Positions 10,090-22,467 of a stretch of 64,000 bases of DNA are shown in pieces. The DNA is taken from positions 56,048,001-56,112,000 of the forward strand of contig CM060731.1 in NCBI GenBank assembly GCA_030704615.1, read 5' to 3'. The notes under the pieces are model-generated. The model did no database searches. It saw nothing but the letters and a program-made list of their open reading frames with translations, and was not told where the DNA came from. Source of the stretch: Takakia lepidozioides. Taxonomy: Eukaryota > Plantae > Bryophyta. Both the position numbers and the translations under genes were made by a program. Numbering within the stretch: position 1 is the stretch's first letter; the number at the start of each line of letters is the position of its first letter.

Positions 10090-10204
10090 TCGCTCCAGAA
10101 AAGGGATGGACCCTAAGTTCTTGAGGAATCAGAGATATGCCAAGAAACATAATCGTGTGGGCGGCGACAACAGTGAAGTTGATGCTGCTGAAGAAATGGA
10201 ATGA
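10090..10204 (+). pseudogene. RPL29: C-terminal fragment of 60S ribosomal protein L29 (eL29)
   Basis: RSRKGMDPKFLRNQRYAKKHN matches the conserved eL29 motif KGMDPKFLRNQRYA. The N-terminal MAKSKNHT half was not seen. Confidence 0.75.
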
Positions 10205-10342
10205 GAGATGTGTAGATGGAGCAATCGATGAGTGCCCAGGTTGCAGCGGGAGTCTCCTGCTTGTCTTTATGCAAGGTGGGGCACTGATGAAGGTCTATAG
10301 CTACGCTTTAAAACATTTTCGATCTGCACTCCATCAGGCTCC

Positions 10343-11168
10343 TTGTTGGCAATCGAGGTATTGGTTGCGGCCTATGTAGGTCAGATGCTGTCAAGAGGGC
10401 CTTTGAGTTGTTGCAAGTGTCCACTTGTGAAGGATCCTCAATGCGCTCAACTCATTCCTGATTGCGTTCTTCACCTCTTTCATGGGGATCCTACCATGTT
10501 CGAGTCCTACTGGCTGGCCCAGCCCCAGGCAACCACTGTAATCCTAGCGTGGCAAGGCATGAGCTATTTTGCTCACAAGCACAACGCCTTCCTGTTTGTG
10601 GACCACCATTTGGACCAGACAATCCGTGCCTTTCACAGCTTTGTTGAGAATGTTGTCGCCGAGAGCCGCTACATTGTACTTGGAACTGGCTCGACACACT
10701 TGTTCCAAGCTTCAATTTACGCCCTATCCTCGCCCCAGTCGTCCACTCCAACGAGCATCATCTCGGCTACCCCTTATTATTCGCCGTATCCAGACTTGAC
10801 AGACTTCCTCAAATCCGGGGTATTCAAATGGGCAGGAGATGCACACCAGTTTCAACAGAACTCTTCACAAGATGCTTACATTGAGATAGTGACATCACCC
10901 AATAATCCAGATGGAACCATCCGGCATGCTGTGGTCAATGGCAGTGGATCAACAGCTCATGATCTCGCCTACTACTGGCCACACTACACTCCAATCACCT
11001 CCGCTGCTGACTTTCCCGTGATGCTCTTCACTTTCTCCAAAATCACAGGCCATGCTAGCACTCAACTCGGTTGGGCGGTTGTGGAAGACGAGCGCGTTGC
11101 CATCAAATGGCGGAGTTTGTTCGATTGAACACACTTGGTGTATCCCAGGATGCACAAGCCCGGGCAAC
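10343..11168 (+). pseudogene. TAR: TAA1/TAR-type (alliinase-family) PLP aminotransferase, 5' part, intronless
   Basis: Motifs HGDPTMFESYW, GTGSTHLF, PYYS, EIVTSPNNPDG, HDLAYYWPHYTPI and FTFSKITGHA (PLP Lys). After a frameshift near 11105 it reads MAEFVRLNTLGVSQDAQARA up to the LTR insertion. Confidence 0.9.
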
Positions 11169-12237
11169 TGTTAGAGGACGGTAGGGGACTTAGACACTTA
11201 TACGGGATCTGTAGGGTACCCTTAATTTTTGCACAGACTGAGACAAACAGGAACCTTAGGGGTGACAGCAGCGCACTGTAGAGGGGGGTTACATAGCCCA
11301 CACAGCCGACACAGCAGTCACAGCCCACACAGTCGTCACAGCCCACACAGCCACACAGCCGGCACAGTCGTCACAGCCGACACAGCAGTCACAGCCCACA
11401 CAGCCGTCACAGCCCACACAGCCCACACAGCCGTCACAGTCGACACAGCCCACACAGCGTCACAGTCGTCACAGCCCACACAGCCCACACAGCCCGTCAC
11501 AGTCGTCACAGCAGACACAGCCCACACAGCCAGTCACAGCCCGGCACAGCCACACAGCCAGTCACAGCCCGACACAGCCAAACACAGCCAGTCACCGCTT
11601 GACACAGCTGTCACGATAATAGGGAACGAAGAGTAGGACAGGGAACGACTGTGGGGAACAACACCAGTGAAGGGAACATGTTAGTTCACATACGACGGTT
11701 AGAGAGGGAAACGGTTAGAACCGCGGATAGGAGGATAAAGGGAAGAACGGGGAATGATGAAGGATGATTATGATCATTATTCGGGAAGGACTTCGGAGAC
11801 AGGCGGGAGCGGAGATCGGAGAGCACGATGAAGGAGAAAAGAGGATTAGTAGATGCTTGTTATATGCAAAGCTATAGTGATATAGGAAAGAAGAATAGAG
11901 ACATAATGGCTTCGGCCTGATACCTGATAAATCATAATCTGATACTTATACGATACAATCACACTGTGTAGAGAGATCTGAGTGAAGCTGTGGATTGAAT
12001 GGATGAGTGAAGGAAACCGATAGATTGATGAAGCAAACTGATACTTAATTATCAATGGTAAGGTAGCTAAGATGAATGCGGAAAGGGAAACAAATAGGAA
12101 ACACCCCCATGATACACTGGCTGTAGGTCATGACTGATTGTTCTGCGCGGGCTGAGTACTTAGAGATTTCCAACTCTTCTATCTTGGAGTTTCCGCCTCG
12201 GATAGCGAAGGGATGGGTGAGTAAAAGCCGCGCGACA
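11169..12237 (+). repeat. 5' LTR (1069 bp) containing a CACAGCC/CACAGTC tandem array
   Basis: Starts TGTTAGAGG and ends CGCGACA; near-identical to 22468-23458. Confidence 0.96.
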
Positions 12238-12239
12238 TT

Positions 12240-12259
12240 TGGCGACCATACTGGGGACC
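12240..12259 (+). promoter_or_regulatory. Primer binding site (tRNA-Arg-like)
   Basis: TGGCGACCATACTGGGGACC lies 2 nt after the LTR end and resembles the TGGCGACT..CTGGGGA PBS of plant non-chromoviruses. Confidence 0.7.
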
Positions 12260-12264
12260 TGGGA

Positions 12265-12825
12265 CATGAACAACCAGATGTGACAGGCATCTGGTGGGAT
12301 CATGGTGGTTGGACCATTAAAGAATTTGAAGTGAATCAAATTCCCTGTGGAACGAAGGAAGAAAGATTGTCCAAACAATTCTTTCAAAGGTTCTTGGAAT
12401 TGCCAGACGGATGTAAAGAAAATATTCTTAAACGAGTGCATGATGCTGATCCAGAATGGGGTCTGGAGAAAGGAGTGATAAAGATTTATCAGGTAGCCTG
12501 TAGAGGAAGAGCACGTTGGTTACCAACATTAGTTTATGTGATAGCGTTGCTATCCATTAAACGAGTAGAGTTTGAAGGCTGGGAAGAAAGAAAGGTGAAT
12601 GTTTATACTCATATGCATGAAGAGCTTGTACTGGTAAAGAATTGGATTCCAAAGGATATTTTGTGGATCAAACTCACACCAAGAACAGCTTTTCAGACTT
12701 GTTTGCCATATGGTTATATGGTAACGGAGACTTCAAGTATAGCCAAGGGTGCATTGAAGCTTGAAAGAAATCCAGGCATATACGAGAGATATTACAGAAG
12801 AGAGTTTTGGTTATTGCCACATTAA
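12265..12825 (+). CDS. Extra ORF upstream of gag, unknown function
   Basis: Stop-free frame (track ORF 12130-12825) between the PBS and gag; no recognisable motif. Confidence 0.5.
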   Translation, partial: HEQPDVTGIWWDHGGWTIKEFEVNQIPCGTKEERLSKQFFQRFLELPDGCKENILKRVHDADPEWGLEKGVIKIYQVACRGRARWLPTLVYVIALLSIKRVEFEGWEERKVNVYTHMHEELVLVKNWIPKDILWIKLTPRTAFQTCLPYGYMVTETSSIAKGALKLERNPGIYERYYRREFWLLPH

Positions 12826-13213
12826 AAGAAATGAAAGACATGGGACATGAGTGATGAAAGAGAAGCTAGACGACAAAGATATTCATCAAAAAGAGAAAGC
12901 TATCTGAAAGCTAATTATCCATATCTTTGGGAGAGAGGAATAGACATAGGGGAATCATCTGGACCTCTCACACCATCAAGATCAAAAGTGCATCACCTAT
13001 ACCGGAAGAACTAGAGTTGGATGCCACTCCTTCTGTTTCTTTGCAAGAAAGATTAAGGGAATTGGTACAGGAAGAAGATCAATCACGAGGTGAAAGATCT
13101 GAGGTACATCCTTGGATAAAAGACTTGACAGAAATCTTTGATAAGAGTTGGCATGGAACACCAAAAGCAGGAACTCCAGTTTCTGAGCAGAAGATGAAGA
13201 AGGAGATGAGGAT

Positions 13214-14790
13214 GTGGCAGAGCCAACGGAGAGTTCAGACTCTCCAACACCATTACAGTTGAGTTACATGAGTGAAGAAGAAACCCAAGGGCAGAACTTG
13301 GAGGATGAAAACAGAGAGAAGAAATTAGAAGAGGAAGAATATGAAGAAGTAGACCCAACAGCTGAGGTTGAGACTACAACCAGGACATCCCAACCCGTTG
13401 GACCTGGATCAAGTGGAGCACTTGGATCACAGGCCAACGAAGGTGTCGGCTCAGGGGGATCAGGCGGGCTGCCTGGATCTGGCTCTGGGGGGACAGGGAG
13501 TGTGGGAAGTAGTGCAACTGAAGCTGGGAATACTGTGAATATCGTGGGGCCAGAAGCAGGGAGTGCTCAAGGGCCACCACTTGGTGGAAGATCCACCACA
13601 AAAACAACAGGTCCAGAAGGACCAGCACCAGCAAGGGTGCCAGCACCTGTCAGTGGGCAGAAGGTAGGGCCACAGATGGCGTTACAACCAACACGGGCAA
13701 AACCACCCTTTCCAATATATTCAGGAAAAGGGGATCCCGATGTACACATTAGCCAATTTGAGCACATGTGTATAGTGAACAATGAGAATGGCGATGATGC
13801 CAAGATGAGACTGTTTCCTTGTTCACTTATCAAGAAAGCAAGTGAATGGTATGCAAGATTCCCTGATAATCATTTCCTAACCTGGAATGGCTTGAATACA
13901 GCATTTCGAAATAGGTTCAGGACAAGTAAAACTGAGGATGAAGTGTATGGAAGTTTACAACAGCTGAAGCAGAAGAAGCATGAAACTGTTGAAGAGTATA
14001 TGGAGAAGATGGAATTGATGATGAAAAAGCTGGCTGCAGTACCAGCACCCGGTTTACAGAAGACTTGGTTTGTGAGTGGACTAAGACCAGAGTTGCAGAA
14101 GAAAGTGGATATGTTACCCCATAATACAGTGGAGGAGGCATTTGAAACTGCAAACAAAATTGAGCAATTGGGAATGCTCAGGAGAGAGAAAAAGGAAGAT
14201 GAGGACTCTGAAGATGAGTCAGATGAAGAAGAAGAGCAAGAACTAAAAAGAAAGAGTAAGAGAAAGGAAAAGTTGAAGAGGGATAACTATGAGAAAAGAT
14301 TGGAAGAAATCTTGAAGAAGTATGCCACAGAGGCTGCAACACATTGGAGGAAGGGTGTATGGTGTGCAAAGTGCCAGAATGAAGGCCATACCACTGCAGA
14401 ATGCCACATGAAGGAGAAACACTGTACTATCTGTAAAATGGATAACCATTCTACTGAGAATTGTTACTACAACAGAAGGACAGCTGCAAGAGAACCTAGG
14501 CAAGTAAGGGTGCATCAAGTGCAGCCCCAGCCAAGAAGAATAATGATCAGGACCACTATGGTAGGTCTGGTGGTTATAACAATGGCATGGAAGGGAGAGG
14601 TAATTCAAGAGGGAATTACCAAGGAAATTCCAGAGGCAACTATCAGGGTAATCCAAGGGGAATTACCAGCCCGGGAATCAGGATTATAGAAATAATCCAA
14701 GAACAGACCAAGGGCGAGGACCCAATGGTGAAGAGCTATGTTACTATTGTAATCAGCCAGGACATCGCAAGGCAGCCTGTTCATTCTGGA
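13214..14790 (+). CDS. Gag with capsid domain and three CCHC knuckles (frameshift near 14540)
   Basis: YSGKGDPDVHISQFE, LFPCSLIKKASEWY and LKQKKHETVEEY. Knuckles CAKCQNEGHTTAEC, CTICKMDNHSTENC and out-of-frame CYYCNQPGHRKAAC (~14740). Confidence 0.9.
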
Positions 14791-15291
14791 TAAGACACCA
14801 GAATGAGATGAGAGCTCCTGTGAATGAGGGCCCAGTGGTGGCAGCTCACATGGTTAGGCCATGTGTTGTACCAGAAGTAAGTACAATGATAGTAACAAGA
14901 AGTAAAGCCAAACTAATACCTCCAGTAGAAGAGGAAGAAGATGAGACTGGAAGTGGCAATGATATGCCTGAAGATGAAGAGACTTGGAAAGATGAGAAGG
15001 AACTGCACAAGGAAGTGGCAGATACTATAAGGGAAATGCAAAAGAGTACGGATATTCCTGTGGCAGATTCCTCTGATTCGGATGGAGAAAAAGAGGGAGT
15101 GAGGAAGAAAGGAAAAAAGAAGATGCAGACATGCAAAGTAATGAAGAGACTTTGGCTGAAGTAATATGTCAGACCAAAGCAGAAATTACCATTGGACAGC
15201 TATTAGCTGTGGCACCTTATTGTAGGCACAGGCTGTATCAGGCAATCAATCGAATTGCCCAAGAGACAGGAACACAGACCTGAACAGCAAG

Positions 15292-18200
15292 GTGACCAGT
15301 TATAATGTGAAGCCGGAAGGGCGAGAACCAGTCATGGACTTTGATGATTCTATGCCAGTAATCCAATTGAGAATTGGAAGCACAGAACTAACTGATGTAC
15401 TGATAGATGGTGGTTCTGGAGTAAATATCATGACAGACCAATTAAGGAAGAAGCTTGGTCTAAGTAACATGAAACCAGCCCCATTTACAGTAACAATGGC
15501 AGATCAAAGAAGTGTACAGCCATTGGGATTAATAAGAGGAGTTAAGATACAGATACAGAAAATGATCTTTATGATCACAGTAACTGTATTAAAAATGGAT
15601 GAAGTCATGGAGGCTTACTCCTTATTATTGGGACGTCCGTGGCTGAAACAGGCCAGGGTATTCCATGACTGGAATTCTCAGTTACTAACTGTGCATAATG
15701 GGATGCACGAGATACAAATTACCACAAAGAAATCTAGTAGATTACCTGCTACAAGAAGACCTCGAGGAGTCAGAGAGTATGACTGGAGGGAGGACTGGAT
15801 GAGGAGCAGGAAGCTACCCTATTTGCTGCACACCCAGAATGGGAGCAGGTTGCAGAGATGCGGCTGGAAAGCCTAAGTTGTTTGAGAGGTATCTGCTGTG
15901 GTGTAGTGACAGCAACACCAATTGAAGAGGAAACCAACTGTTACCCACCACATTTCTATGAAGAAAAGGAGGGAGAGATAGAAATCCTAGAAGAACCAGC
16001 CACTGTGAGCTTAAAGGATGAAGTGGTGACTGGTTGGACAATCACAGCTGATGAGCAGGTGAGAGAAGTAAATGTGGGAACTCAGGAGGAACCGAGAATG
16101 GTGAAAGTAGGAGCTGATTTGGAGCCAGAGTTCTTCGAAGAAGCTAAAAGCTTGTTCATCAAATACGAGATGTATTTGCTTGGAGCTATGAGGATCTAAA
16201 AGGGATACCACCTGAAGTCTGTCAGCATAAAATTGAACTGGAACTAGGGTCAGTACCAATCAAGCAGGCAAGGTATAGAATGAATCCCAACTACGCACAG
16301 AAGGTTGGAGAAGAGATAAAGAAGTTGGCTGAGGCTAAGTTTATATACCCAATAGAGTATACAACTTGGTTGTCACCCATTGTTATAGTTCCCAAGAAGA
16401 ATGGCAAACTAAGAGTATGTGTGAACTATAAGAAGCTGAATGCTTGTACGAAGAAAGATCCTTTCCCTTTGCCATTCACAGAAGCAGTATTAGACACTGT
16501 GGCAGGCCATGAGATGTACTCATTCATGGATGGCTTCAGTGGTTATAATCAAGTGCAAGTGGCAGAAGAAGACCAAGGGAAAACAGCTTTCATCACAGAC
16601 TGGGGGCTTATGCATACAAAGTCATGCCCTTTGGACTTTGTAATGCACCAGCGACCTTTCAGAGAGTGATAAGTGAATCTTTTCATGAGTATCTGGATGA
16701 TTTTCATGCAGGTATTCTTGGATGATTTCAGTGTGTACAGCTCTAAGAGTGAGCACTTGCATAAATTGGAGTTATGCCTGGCCAGATGCAGGATGAGAGG
16801 TCTGGGCTTGAACCCAGAGAAGTGTACTTTCTGTGTGAACTCAGGGGTGCTTCTGGGACACATTGTGTGTAAGAAGGGACTCCTTGTGGATCCCAGGAAG
16901 ACAGAGTCCATTAAAGTCTCTCCACCACCAGTGAATGTTAAGAGTTTAAGGAGATTCCTTGGGCAAACCATTATTACAGAAGATTTGTCAAAAATGATGC
17001 ACAAATAGCAGCACCATTGAGCAAGCTTCTGAAGAAAGATGCAGTGTTTGCATGGACAGCTGAATGTCAACAGGCGTTTGAGGAACTTACACTGTCAGTA
17101 ACAACTACACCTGTGCTGATTAACCCTCACTGGCATGTAGTATTTCATGTTCACTGCGATGCATCAGGAGAAGCGTTGGGAGCGGTGTTAGCCCAGAATG
17201 TTACAGGGAATATAGATTCACCTGTGTACTATGCTAGCCGGTTGATGAACAGTGCTGAGAGGAACTATAGCACAACGGAAAGAGAAGCATTGGCATGATC
17301 TATGCAGTGAAGAAATTCAGGCATTACCTATTGGGAAGAAAGTTTATGTTTTATGTGGATCACCAGGCTCTGATATATCTGGTGAACAAACCTTTGATAA
17401 GTGGAAGGATAGCGAGGTGGTTAATAATCTTGCATGAGTTTGAGTTCGAGGTTATTTACAAGCCTGGCCGTTTGCATCTTGTGGCAAAGGCATCATTTGT
17501 CACACTACAACAGGAGAGGCCGCCACAGGAGGGACGATCAGTTACCTGATGCGAGTTTATTTGTAATGGAGGTGCAAGGAAGGTGCAGAGAATGGTTAGA
17601 TTGGCAGTGGCCAATCAGATACTACCTTGCTCATGGTCAGTGCCCACCTAGTTATGGTAAGGAGCAGAGGAAGAGAATCGCTATCAAAGCTTTACCTTAT
17701 ACTATGGTAGGAAGCAGAATGTATAAGTTAGGACCAGATGGGGTACTAAAACGATGCTTGTACCACCATGAAGTAAATAAAGTCCTTGGAGGAAGTTCAT
17801 AAAGGAGTGGCTGGAGGTCATTTTGGAGAAGAGACTACCAGTAGAAAGATACTACTCGCAGGATACTGGTGGCCCTACTTTGTTCAAAGATGTACATGAG
17901 TATTGTCAGAAGTGTGATGAATGTCAGAGGCTAGGACCTTTGCAGAGATCTGGAAGAATGGCCTTGCCTCCTACAATGCCTACGGAACCATTTCAGAAAT
18001 GGGGACTAGACTTTGTTGGACCAATTAATCCACCATCCGAAGCACGAAACAGGTACATAATTACAGCCACTGATTATACTACAAAGTGGGTGGAGCTAAA
18101 GCTTTGAGGGACAACACAGCCAAGTCCACAGCAAGGTTCCTGTACGAGAACATACTTACACGATTTGGATGTCCTTAGAATTATCAGTGATCAAGGAAGT

Positions 18201-18780
18201 CACTTCATGAATGAGACCATTGAGTTTATTGGACTAAAGAGTTTATGATTGTGCATAGAAAGAGTACAACATATTACCCACCAGGGTAATGGACAGGCAG
18301 AGGCTTCCCAACAAAATACTATGTACTATCTTGGCTAAGATAGTCAATGCAAACAGAACCGATTGGTGACTTCGTATAAAGTCACCACAAAGTATACACC
18401 ATTCCAATTAGTTTATGGTATGGAAGCCTTACTTCCAGTGGAATTCCTGTTACCTACCATGAGAACGGAGTGGGAAAAAGAATGGAATTGCAAGACTCCA
18501 TCAAAGTCAGGAAACATGAATTATACCATGTGGAAGAAATACGTGCTGATGCAGCGGAGACCAGAATTCAGATTTGATGAAGGCAAGTTAAGACTTTTAA
18601 GACGGGGATTTGGTTCTATGGTTGCAGAAGAAAGGAAAGATTCAAGCTTCTAAGCTTAAATCACCATGGAAAGGACCTTATGTCATACAAAAGATGTATG
18701 ATAACAACCAGCCATGTTACAAACCATTAACAAAGAAATGCTGGGAAGAGTCAATGCAAATAAGTTGAAGGGGTACAGTG
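15292..18780 (+). pseudogene. Pol (protease, RT, RNase H, integrase) broken by many single-base frameshifts
   Basis: VLIDGGSGVNIM / LLLGRPWL (PR); VPKKNGKLRVC, DGFSGYNQ, VFLDDF (RT); HCDASGEALGAVL, TTEREALA (RH); [12 protein letters not shown] (INT). The motifs are spread over successive frames. Confidence 0.92.
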
Positions 18781-18919
18781 GTATCCATGACAAACCCCTG
18801 CAGCATGATTTGCATGTTGAACCGCAAGAGCAGTCACGGGCTGCACCAGTGTTACGAACGGAGTATGGAACACTTGTCGCTAGGCCCAGTATATATGACC
18901 GGGGTGGGCAAAAACAAAC

Positions 18920-19155
18920 GTGACACACCAAGCTATCACAGCCCATCACGGCGTGACCACAGCCACACAGCCACACAGCCCAGCACGGCGTGACACAGCC
19001 TATCACAGCCCGTCACGACGTGACACAGCCTATCACAACCTACCGCAGCGTGTCACACACCTATCACACACCACGCTAAGCTAACCACAGTGCAACACAG
19101 CCTATCACAGCGTAACACAGTATGACACAGCCTGTCACAGCTCAACACAGCCTAC
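18920..19155 (+). repeat. Internal CACAGCC/TATCACAGCC tandem array
   Basis: Repeated cacagcc / gcctatcaca units downstream of the integrase; same core motif as the LTR array. Confidence 0.75.
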
Positions 19156-19676
19156 TAAAGTTACACGATCCTAGAATCAGTGACAAGTGGACACATAAAA
19201 ACTTCAGGAAAATGGCTGAAGGAAGAAGAAACGGAAATTAATTTAAAAATAGAAAATAGCACGTGGAGGTCAGGGTGCGACACACAGCAGAGAATGAAGT
19301 GCAAGGACAGGTGTCAAAAGGAAAGAGGACAAGAACGGCCGTCAAAAGGGATGAAAGGCGGGCCCATTAATGAATACGGAAAAAGGGAAACAGAACGAAC
19401 GGCAAGTAAAGAAAAACGGAATTCATGTCGCATGTGTGATCCTAGTGGACTATCCAACAGGAAAAGTCCACTAAAGAAGATAAAAGTTAAAATCCAGTCA
19501 CAGCGGATACAGCCAATAGAAAACCAGAGAAATGATCAAGAAAATGGAGGGAAATTGAGCGCAAGAGGCGGCGTCGTTCTGAGTAACGGGCGTCTCGACA
19601 GGACAGGCCATAAATGCTATAACTTGGAAACTATGGAGGAACTAACAGACTATACGCTCGCAATATTACTTACGCA

Positions 19677-22428
19677 ATGGCAGAGACACGAAACGAAAGA
19701 GCGCACAGCAGCACAAAAGAATGTTATTACTGGAAGCAGGACCTTCAGAGAGGGAGGAAGAAGTTACTTCTGCATCACAACCAACACAGCCACTTGAACG
19801 ACTTGTCACAAGGTCACAAGTTATCCATGCAGCTCAACCCGAAATAATTGATTTGGAAAGTGAAGGGATAGATATTCCAACTACAGAACAGATAGTGGCG
19901 GAAATAGAGAAAGGGGACCTTCTCTATGAATATTCTGGTCTGGTCAAGCAGACAGAAATCACTGAGGTGCAACAGTTGCCCAAGAGAAATCCTGAGGTAC
20001 ATATAATGCACACACACTGTGTCGGAGGTACCACAGGCGGAAGGCCATGACACTGTAGCACCGGTCATAAATGAAGTAGTTCAGGAAGAAAATCCGGTGG
20101 GACAATGGTCTGAATGGTTAGTGAGACATCATACTGTTGAAGATCGGAGAAACAGCAACAACCTCACCATGATGACCCTCAACAGGCAATGCTGATGAGT
20201 TCCATAGGCAGGACACTTAATTTGTTGGGGACTTATGTCAAAACCCATGTTCCAATTACCCAATTGACAGCCTTGAAAGAAGAACTCAGGAAGGAGTTTG
20301 AGGCTCGACTTGCCACTGAGTGTGCAAACAAGGTCGATGAAGAGGTCACTCTCAAGATGAAGCAGGACTTGGCCAATACAGAAATGGCTTTGCAATTGGC
20401 CAAGCAACAATTGATTGAGGCAGGCCTCGCGCAAGACCAGTTGCACGAAGCACATAAGCAACAGCTATACCAAATGCAGGTGCAGCATGAAAGCAAGTTG
20501 CAAGAACTGAATGCACTACATACGGAGTTGCAGACAGTGCATAACAGATGGCGATACAATGCGCTACATTTACAACTATGCTTGACCAATCAACAAAAGA
20601 AATAAACAGTCAAGCGGAAAAATGTACGAAGGCAGAAGAAGAGAATGTGGAGCACATGAAGCTCATTGTCGATATGAAGAATACAATCTGTCGCAATGAA
20701 GATACTTTCAAGCAATACAGGCAGATGGAAGCTGAGCAAGAGAAATACATCGTGGAGTTGCAACAAACCATCGTGGCCAATAGAAATGAAATCGCGGTCA
20801 GTAACAAGGCTTCGAAAGAAGCCAATAATCTACTTGCTGCCTATGCGCAATTGGTTGAGCCACAGGCGAAGCGCATGAAGGCTTTACAACAGCAGTTGGA
20901 ATTGTATAAGCTAAGAGAGGAGCAAACTCTCAGGGGAACCACAAGCAGCTTGGTGGATAAGAGCCTTATGCAGGTCTGGTTAGCACAAGGGCCAGTAGAA
21001 GGCAAAGCCCCACGGAAGCTCACCCAAAGCGAGATGAATGAGCTTAGACTGCAGGTGCAGAACATTGCCACAACTACTATAGACAATGTCTATAGTAGGA
21101 TAGCAGAGTTACAAGAGGATGTAGACGGACTCCAGACTCAAGTGGAAGACCTCACTTCAAACATCGACCAAAGAGTCTATATCCCTCAGGAACAGCTAAT
21201 GGCTTCTTATTTGCAATCCAGAACTCTGGCTTTTCAGTCTTCACAGGAGGTGCAGGAGATGCCAATGGTACAGGAACCAGTACCACCACCACCACAACAG
21301 GTCAGTGTACCAGTAGCTGAACCTGTGGTTACTACAACCACACCACAGCCACCACAGCCGGAGGTATGGGGCAATGCAGCTTTTAACCCACCTAAAACTC
21401 CAGCTGCCAGGGAGTACAGTAGGGCTATGATTATGCCCTTCAACCAAATTCCCATCATGTTGGATTTGGCTTGGAAAGAATTTAGTCCTCCGCAGTCATT
21501 CGCACATTACTACCAAATCATGCGTATTTGGCTGCCAGTGGCAACCAGGACTAAAGTTCTTCCAAACAATCGACATATTGAAGATCATCACTTTGCACAA
21601 TACTGGCATGAGGCAGGTACCATATTGAGGGAATTGGTTGCTTTCCAGGTTGTACATGGACTCATTTATACCAAGACCAAGGAAATAGCAAGTATTGTCA
21701 TGGGGTGCGGGCTATACTACGCTGCTTGTTTTCTGATACGTTACCACATTGAGCAACAAAAGATGCAAGCACGCTTTCAAAGTTACTCCAGTGGAGATCA
21801 TTGGGTATTACCTTTGGTGCCACCTCATATGTACCTATATGACCCAAAAGTTATGATACAGAAGGATTCTCAAATTCGTTCATGGTTTCAAGCAGCCTGC
21901 AACAATTTGTCAACACAGAAATTCGGACTTGATGACATTTTCTATAAGGGACATATCGCATGGAAATACTTGCACGCTGCACCAGTAATTGGTACCCCAC
22001 TCATTTGGACAGACAAGGAGCTCAGTGTCTACACCAATTTTGCTGTTCAACGGTTACACCAGGTCGTAAAATGTAAACTTCCAGACATGGTAGGACAGCA
22101 TTGTATGCCCAAGATGATTCCACAAAAAGTTCGAAAATTAAAACACCTGAGAGGCGATGAGGATTCTGATACAACTGTTTCTTCACAGAATTCTTTTGAC
22201 ATGGGAGAAGACTATGCAATTCAGATGGAAGAGAAGAAACAAAGGGGATCTCCTATGCCGGAAAGATTACCTCGATATCAGCCTCCAGAAGGCCTCACTT
22301 ATCCAGGTAGTGATCAACCATCTCCGTCAACCAGAGACAGACCTCGGGCTCGTACACACAGCCCGCCACGAAACTCTCAACGTCAACAAGGTGCTCACTC
22401 ACAAAGGGTTGCTACTCAGAAACAGTAA
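19677..22428 (+). CDS. Large extra 3' ORF (coiled-coil, Q/E/P-rich) of the retrotransposon, frameshifted
   Basis: Overlapping ORFs 19721-20050, 20189-20605 and 20548-22428 (626 aa) read as one protein starting MAETRNE at 19677. It ends ~20 nt before the PPT. Confidence 0.7.
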
Positions 22429-22449
22429 ACCGTGAGGACACGGCTTTTT

Positions 22450-22463
22450 GAGGGAGGAAGGGG
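22450..22463 (+). promoter_or_regulatory. Polypurine tract
   Basis: GAGGGAGGAAGGGG immediately upstream of the 3' LTR. Confidence 0.85.
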
Positions 22464-22467
22464 TAAA

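Noticed and set aside
11229-11636. His/Thr/Ala-rich ORFs in the LTRs (also 22412-22839)
   Set aside because: Translations of the CACAGCC tandem array, not genes.
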